Shown here piece by piece: positions 34,240 to 41,165 of a DNA stretch of 41,165 nucleotides. How positions within the stretch are numbered: position 1 is the first letter of the stretch; every line of letters starts with the position of its first letter. Location: NCBI RefSeq assembly GCF_001194135.2, contig NC_068983.1, positions 95,283,570 to 95,324,734 of the forward strand. Direction: 5' to 3'. Made by a program: the position numbers and the translations under genes. This stretch comes from Octopus bimaculoides. Taxonomy: Eukaryota. A model generated the notes under the pieces. The model did not search any database. It was not told the origin of the DNA and saw only the letters and a program-made list of their open reading frames with translations.

Positions 34240-34545
34240 GCAAGTAGGGCAGCTATGGCTCATTCTAACTATATTTGGATGTGTTTGTGCAATTACTTCT
34301 GTTTATGCATCATCAAACTACTTCGATCGATTAAATAATCACTAAAGCAAAACTCTAAGTAACGAGACGAAATATTTCAGATTCAAATAAAATGAACGAT
34401 CTCTATGTGATAAATAATTTTTCGTTTGTAAAAACTAATCCATGGGTGTGAATAGGGTTGGGGGCATGTAGTTCTTAAAATACATTGATAATGCATTGTA
34501 AAGAAGGAATTCTCTAGAATGTTCTTGAAACTACATTTTCTACAG

Positions 34546-34659
34546 GTGTTGCAAATCCCTGATTTCCTCTGCCTGTATCTTAACTGCTGTCTTCTATCAT
34601 CAGATGTTCTAACTGAATATTTATCGTGTCGAGTTGACCATTTTGAGTTTCTTCAATGA
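34546..34659 (+). other. Candidate terminal exon (coding part)
   Basis: Acceptor ACATTTTCTACAG; phase 0 is open for 37 codons to TGA. Confidence 0.25.
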
Positions 34660-35508
34660 CAAGATGCAATGCATCTCTCATCATTTAATGTACATTTGTC
34701 AACTGCCCCACCTACGAATGGCTATTTAACCAGCGTAACATCTTCTGTAGTGTTATATAAATAGCTTATGTCTTTCTAGCGCATGGGTGTTACATCATCT
34801 GCTTTCAACACTTGAAGCAGTTTACATTTTCACGAGTAAAAATTTTGCTATATTTGGGTAAATCGAAAGGCTATAAAGCATCTCCCGCGTTTGTTCATCC
34901 TTTCTAAGGGCTTAGAAATAATAACTCGACATCATAAAATATAAGACTGCACAGATATACTAAAGGAAAACATGACTACTTTTTTTCTTTATATTCCACA
35001 AAGTTCAGTATCTAAAATTTAAAATCCTTCGTTGGTTAGCGAAATTGTCGTTGCTAGCGTGGCATTATAAAGATTAAGTCGACTTCAATTCCAATGTCGA
35101 AATCAGCTTTGAAAATTAAAAAAAAAATACAACTAATAAATAAAACATTTCCCCGCCAAACCAGCAAAATCGAAGTAACAACAGTAACAGTGAGAAAACA
35201 GCAAAATAAAATGGCGAATATTTGGCGTCTCAAAATGTTAAAAAAGGTCATTTCGCAAGCAGAAAAATGAACAAATAAAAGAAAAAACAGCAAGCAGCTT
35301 TGAACAGATCTATTTCCAAAAGGCTTCTCCCTGCTTATTTATAAGTTTATTTAGTTGATTCATTACCTTAGGAGAAAAAACTCATAAATAACCTGGTATT
35401 TTATTTCTTTAGATTTTTCAATCATTTTCCTGTTACTTTTTATGGCTTTTTTTCTCATGTTTTGTAATGTATTATAATGTTCTCGACGGTGATTGTTCTT
35501 ATTGGTAC

Positions 35509-35670
35509 CTTCTTCTTCTTCTTCTTCTTCTTCTTCTTCTTCTTCTTCTTCTTCTTCTTCTTCTTCTTCTTCTTCTTCTTCTTCTTCTTCTTCTTCTTCT
35601 TCTTCTTCTTCTTCTTCTTCTTCTTCTTCTTCTTCTTCTTCTTCTTCTTCTTCTTCTTCTTCTTCTTCTT
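35509..35670. repeat. Pure (CTT)54
   Basis: 162 bp uninterrupted. A purine-rich low-complexity tract follows at about 35790-36240. Confidence 0.98.
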
Positions 35671-37699
35671 CCTCCTCCTTTGGTCTAATTAATTGTTTTC
35701 AATGGTTTCTTTCTATTTTCTTATTTACTAACTGACTGTGTCGCCCACTCATCTACTCTCACCACAAAACAGAGTTTCGGATGTTTTGATGGTGAGTATA
35801 TGAGATAAAATATAGAAAAGCGAAAGAGAAATAGTTATTCTTGAAGAAAATTATAGGAGAAAGTGTAGAGTGCTCTAGGTAGAAAAGAGAGACTGGGGTG
35901 TAGTCAATTAAATAGGAAGGGAAGGAAAAGAAGGTGAACATAGGGGAGAAGATGGCGGAGAAATATTAAAGGGAAAAGAGAAGTGAGAATATAATGAAAG
36001 AGAAAGCGATTTGGTTCAAATATAAATGGAGACAAAGAAAGTGATATGCGAGAAAGTAGGAAAGAAAGGAAAAACAGACAGAAAAGAAAAGAGAAAGAGA
36101 TGGAAAGAGAGAAAAAGAGGGGGTGAAGGAGAAAGAAAGATAGAAAGCGCAAGAAAGAAATGGAAAGAGAAAGAGAGTAGGAACAAGGAAAAGAATTGGT
36201 GAACACAACGTGGAAATGAGCAATAAACGAGTGCACAAGGGCGGCAGAGCGACGTAAGAGATGTTTGTGGTATTAGATGGAGCCGAAAGAGTTGTTAGTC
36301 GTATGAATTATGATGCCTGTCTTCAAACTGCTAATTATTCAGCTCAGAGTTCGTCTTCAACAGTTGCTACCATTGGACGATTCTCTTTCTCTCCTAGTAA
36401 CTGTTTTATCCACTACACTTGGTTTTGTAATATAGGGGCGTTAGTTTTCTTAGTTTAACAGTTTCGTCTCCGCTCAACATACGGACATATCTACTTATAC
36501 ACTTACATGCATATACACGCAATCACATATATTATGTATGTATGTATGTATGTATGTATGTGTGTACGTGTGTTTATGTGTGTGTGTGTATGTGTGTGTA
36601 ATAAATTTATCTTCCTCTTAAAGCAAATTGTTACTTGCAGTAGATAACTTGGATATAAATTTCTATTTTACTAGTTTTACTGGTGAAGTAATACAGTAAG
36701 AAGTGGAGTTCGAAATAATATCAGTAACCATTGTATCTATGTGTCAATATTTTTTCTGAAAGATTGTGTTAAACGCCGTAAAGTAAAATGTAAATCTATG
36801 ACAGGTTGAATAAGCAACACAGTTTCAATTCTCAATTGAAATTGTTTCATTCTCTCCTTGAAATTTAAAGCCAACATTTACGAGGTGTATATCTGTTAAC
36901 TATTTCGTTGATGAAGCAGTAGTAAGTGCAAATAGAGTTTGTAATGGTATCAGTTTTATCCGGCGTTCTACCGTATTTGCTAATCCACTGTAATAGTGTT
37001 TTATGTAGAGAAGGATAAACGATAAGAATAGATGAATACCAAACTTATCCACTACGCTAATTTTTTGGAATTCAGTGGTCTTCATATACTTTCCATTATA
37101 TTTCTATACAAATGCACGAGGGCAAAATGTTCACGACAGGTGAGGACTAAAGACACCGGAAAATAACCTTCTTTTGAGCCCTACATCAGGATATAAATTT
37201 CTATTTTACTAGAACTTCAAAATATATCCTGGGCAAGAAGTTGTTAAAAGGCCTTTCAAGGGCCTCGCTACAAGATTATCTTTTAACCAACACAAGAAAT
37301 CATATAATAATATAAATAATATATATATNNNNNNNNNNNNNNNNNNNNNNNNNNNNNNNNNNNNNNNNNNNNNNNNNNNNNNNNNNNNNNNNNNNNNNNN
37401 NNNNNNNNNNNNNNNNNNNNNNNNNNNNNNNNNNNNNNNNNNNNNNNNNNNNNNNNNNNNNNNNNNNNNNNNNNNNNNNNNNNNNNNNNNNNNNNNNNNN
37501 NNNNNNNNNNNNNNNNNNNNNNNNNNNNNNNNNNNNNNNNNNNNNNNNNNNNNNNNNNNNNNNNNNNNNNNNNNNNNNNNNNNNNNNNNNNNNNNNNNNN
37601 NNNNNNNNNNNNNNNNNNNNNNNNNNNNNNNNNNNNNNNNNNNNNNNNNNNNNNNNNNNNNNNNNNNNNNNNNNNNNNNNNNNNNNNNNNNNNATATAT

Positions 37700-38238
37700 A
37701 TGAGTATATGCATATATACATACACGCATGTGCATACCTACATCTACCTGTGTATATAGGTGCATATCTGGGTACAGGACAATGCAAACAAAACGTAGAC
37801 AAAAAAATAATAATAACCAGAGTACAGAAAACACGCAGGCCACATAGAGAACATTTTCCTTCATCAGCTGCCCCCATTCTAACACAGGCGTTTCGAAGAG
37901 TTAGGGCAGGACCCATCGTTAAAATGGCTCTTCCCACGGACCACAAATTAAATTTGTACCACGGAGGAATGTCATGGCGGACAGAAAACAAGACAAGAAA
38001 ACAAACGGAAAAGGCTATACGGCCAGACGTGAAAAATTATGTGTATATTGAACGCTGTGAAGCAACGAACTGGAAGCGGGACGAAGTAGGTTCGTATGTT
38101 TGCTCGGCGATAGCCAAGAAAGAAAAGAATTAGTAACTGGACACATGTGACCAGCGAGGGTTAAATAGAGAGAGTGGTAGAGGGAGAAACAAGGAGAGGA
38201 AGTAGAAAATAGGTGAGCAACGAGAGAAAGAGTATATA
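37700..38238 (-). mobile_element. Pyrimidine-rich repeat carrying a permuted hammerhead (copy B)
   Basis: Homologous to 31150-31860; bounded by N gaps. Confidence 0.7.
37855..37921 (-). ncRNA. Non-circularly permuted hammerhead ribozyme candidate, copy B
   Basis: GGGT-C-CTGCCCT ... TTC-GAAA-CGCC ... GGGGCAG-CTGATGA-A-GGA. Stem I has 6 WC pairs plus 1 GU; stems II and III are weaker than in copy A. Confidence 0.6.
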
Positions 38239-39737
38239 NNNNNNNNNNNNNNNNNNNNNNNNNNNNNNNNNNNNNNNNNNNNNNNNNNNNNNNNNNNNNN
38301 NNNNNNNNNNNNNNNNNNNNNNNNNNNNNNNNNNNNNNNNNNNNNNNNNNNNNNNNNNNNNNNNNNNNNNNNNNNNNNNNNNNNNNNNNNNNNNNNNNNN
38401 NNNNNNNNNNNNNNNNNNNNNNNNNNNNNNNNNNNNNNNNNNNNNNNNNNNNNNNNNNNNNNNNNNNNNNNNNNNNNNNNNNNNNNNNNNNNNNNNNNNN
38501 NNNNNNNNNNNNNNNNNNNNNNNNNNNNNNNNNNNNNNNNNNNNNNNNNNNNNNNNNNNNNNNNNNNNNNNNNNNNNNNNNNNNNNNNNNNNNNNNNNNN
38601 NNNNNNNNNNNNNNNNNNNNNNNNNNNNNNNNNNNNNNNNNNNNNNNNNNNNNNNNNNNNNNNNNNNNNNNNNNNNNNNNNNNNNNNNNNNNNNNNNNNN
38701 NNNNNNNNNNNNNNNNNNNNNNNNNNNNNNNNNNNNNNNNNNNNNNNNNNNNNNNNNNNNNNNNNNNNNNNNNNNNNNNNNNNNNNNNNNNNNNNNNNNN
38801 NNNNNNNNNNNNNNNNNNNNNNNNNNNNNNNNNNNNNNNNNNNNNNNNNNNNNNNNNNNNNNNNNNNNNNNNNNNNNNNNNNNNNNNNNNNNNNNNNNNN
38901 NNNNNNNNNNNNNNNNNNNNNNNNNNNNNNNNNNNNNNNNNNNNNNNNNNNNNNNNNNNNNNNNNNNNNNNNNNNNNNNNNNNNNNNNNNNNNNNNNNNN
39001 NNNNNNNNNNNNNNNNNNNNNNNNNNNNNNNNNNNNNNNNNNNNNNNNNNNNNNNNNNNNNNNNNNNNNNNNNNNNNNNNNNNNNNNNNNNNNNNNNNNN
39101 NNNNNNNNNNNNNNNNNNNNNNNNNNNNNNNNNNNNNNNNNNNNNNNNNNNNNNNNNNNNNNNNNNNNNNNNNNNNNNNNNNNNNNNNNNNNNNNNNNNN
39201 NNNNNNNNNNNNNNNNNNNNNNNNNNNNNNNNNNNNATATATATATATATATATATATACATATATATACACATACATACATACATACATATATGCGTGC
39301 ATGTGTGTGGTTTGTGCGTGTCTGTGAATATATGCACACATATGATTGTATGTATACATGTATATGTATGCCTGTGTAAATACGTTCACAATCACAGATC
39401 ATCATGCATGACCAGATCGCTGTAGAAGCAAACGTACAGGCATACATATGACACAAATGCATCGCACATACGACAGAAGTACCTACATGCATACAAACAT
39501 ACATACATACACACATGCATACACACATAAACACTCACACACACATACACATACACACGCATACACACACACATGCACGACTAACATGGAACATTCTTGT
39601 TCATACATGCATAGTTAGCTTAAGTAAACTATAAGACTATCATCCAATCAAGTTTAGTGCAACTTGCAAGGGAATGTAGCCAAAGCATATGTGAACCTGT
39701 AACTGCACGCTTCTTTCTTCTACATGTACAGACTTAC

Positions 39738-39819
39738 CATTCTAATGGCGCCACCATCTGATCTGATTCGTCGTTAACGGGGATTTGAACTCTGAATTTC
39801 TTCATAAGTCGGAAAAGAT
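39738..39819 (-). CDS. Candidate coding exon of an unidentified host gene
   Basis: Acceptor TATTTTCTACAG and donor ATG|GTAAGT. 82 nt with only one open frame: LFRLMKKFRVQIPVNDESDQMVAPLE. Confidence 0.55.
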
Positions 39820-40675
39820 CTGTAGAAAATACTTTCTCTCATACGTGATGGGATTAATGAGTATTTTGACAATTCGTACGGTTTGCTTCACGGCACACTT
39901 AACCAGTTTTTAGAGATAGTCTCACTTCCTCTCTCTCAATTTGTAACCCTCCGAAACTTTATATGTATATATATATATGCATGTATATATATATATATAT
40001 ATATNNNNNNNNNNNNNNNNNNNNNNNNNNNNNNNNNNNNNNNNNNNNNNNNNNNNNNNNNNNNNNNNNNNNNNNNNNNNNNNNNNNNNNNNNNNNNNNN
40101 NNNNNNNNNNNNNNNNNNNNNNNNNNNNNNNNNNNNNNNNNNNNNNNNNNNNNNNNNNNNNNNNNNNNNNNNNNNNNNNNNNNNNNNNNNNNNNNNNNNN
40201 NNNNNNNNNNNNNNNNNNNNNNNNNNNNNNNNNNNNNNNNNNNNNNNNNNNNNNNNNNNNNNNNNNNNNNNNNNNNNNNNNNNNNNNNNNNNNNNNNNNN
40301 NNNNNNNNNNNNNNNNNNNNNNNNNNNNNNNNNNNNNNNNNNNNNNNNNNNNNNNNNNNNNNNNNNNNNNNNNNNNNNNNNNNNNNNNNNNNNNNNNNNN
40401 NNNNNNNNNNNNNNNNNNNNNNNNNNNNNNNNNNNNNNNNNNNNNNNNNNNNNNNNNNNNNNNNNNNNNNNNNNNNNNNNNNNNNNNNNNNNNNNNNNNN
40501 NNNNNNNNNNNNNNNNNNNNNNNNNNNNNNNNNNNNNNNNNNNNNNNNNNNNNNNNNNNNNNNNNNNNNNNNNNNNNNNNNNNNNNNNNNNNNNNTATAT
40601 ATATAAACACGTACATTGCATAAATAGACACATACATTGCACTATGCTCTCTGTCTAATTTTCTGTCACACTTCC

Positions 40676-40676
<1 letters not shown>

Positions 40677-40738
<62 letters not shown>

Positions 40739-40935
40739 GTGATTGTTAGATATTTATTGTTATAAACAATACGACAGAGCAAGACAGTGACAAAATGAAA
40801 TGGAAATAAATATGAAGAGATACCAAAATGGATCGGGTCTTAAGTTTAAATGTTAAATCATACATATGAAGTGAGTGAAGGAGAGGGGGAGTAGGGAGTG
40901 GAAGTGCGACTGTTTGCATTCATGTATACATTTTC

Positions 40936-41007
<72 letters not shown>
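40677..41007. repeat. (CTAT)n and (ATAG)n tracts in inverted orientation
   Basis: (CTAT)n at 40677-40738; (TAGA)n at about 40936-41007. Confidence 0.95.
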
Positions 41008-41008
<1 letters not shown>

Positions 41009-41165
41009 GGATGGTGAATGGATGGATGGATGGATAGGAAGATGTTTGGACAGATAGGCGAACAGCAGACAGACAGACTGACTGATAGATAGATAGACAG
41101 ATATCTTTTTATTATAGCCACACAGGGCTAAATACAGAAAATGGACAAATTACAAAGTAGAGCTT

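Larger units (their letters stand above)
1369..40595. other. Ten assembly gaps (N runs)
   Basis: Approximately 1369-1697, 15234-15312, 16619-16726, 21285-22121, 24735-24835, 29201-29284, 31136-31145, 37329-37693, 38239-39236, 40005-40595. Confidence 0.99.

Noticed and set aside
34255-34300. HPNIVR on the minus strand suggesting a protein kinase exon
   Set aside because: No other kinase motifs, stops nearby, no matching splice sites.
3968-34602. Other CTGATGA hits (minus strand near 3970, 28210 and 34598; plus strand at 30040)
   Set aside because: No flanking stems or GAAA/UH partner in any order; the one near 28210 lies within Penelope coding remnants and the one at 30040 within a SINE head.
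1301-40658. Many long ORFs in the track (HTHTHT, CVCVCV, YIYIYI, poly-S/L/F, poly-X)
   Set aside because: They arise from microsatellites or from N gaps read as X.

Overview
AT-rich, repeat-dense animal genomic DNA from a gapped short-read assembly: ten N gaps, nearly all flanked by microsatellites. The SINE families and the extreme (CA)n/(TA)n/(TACA)n density resemble octopus/cephalopod DNA (my recognition, not database-checked). No complete protein-coding gene can be identified. The window holds a near full-length but broken Tx1/L1-clade LINE (8.8-13.6 kb), a decayed Penelope-like element split by a Tc1 insertion, mariner, maT-like and hAT fragments, RTE and RLE-type LINE fragments, about 12 tRNA-derived SINE copies from several families, and a few candidate host exons. 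The main signal is hammerhead ribozymes. Two homologous repeats (31.6 kb +, 37.9 kb -) each carry the three hammerhead core strands in a non-circularly permuted order, with compensatory base changes between the copies. A minimal type I hammerhead (109-151) and a Penelope-type minimal motif (24545-24571) are also present. No ribozyme activity can be shown from sequence alone.
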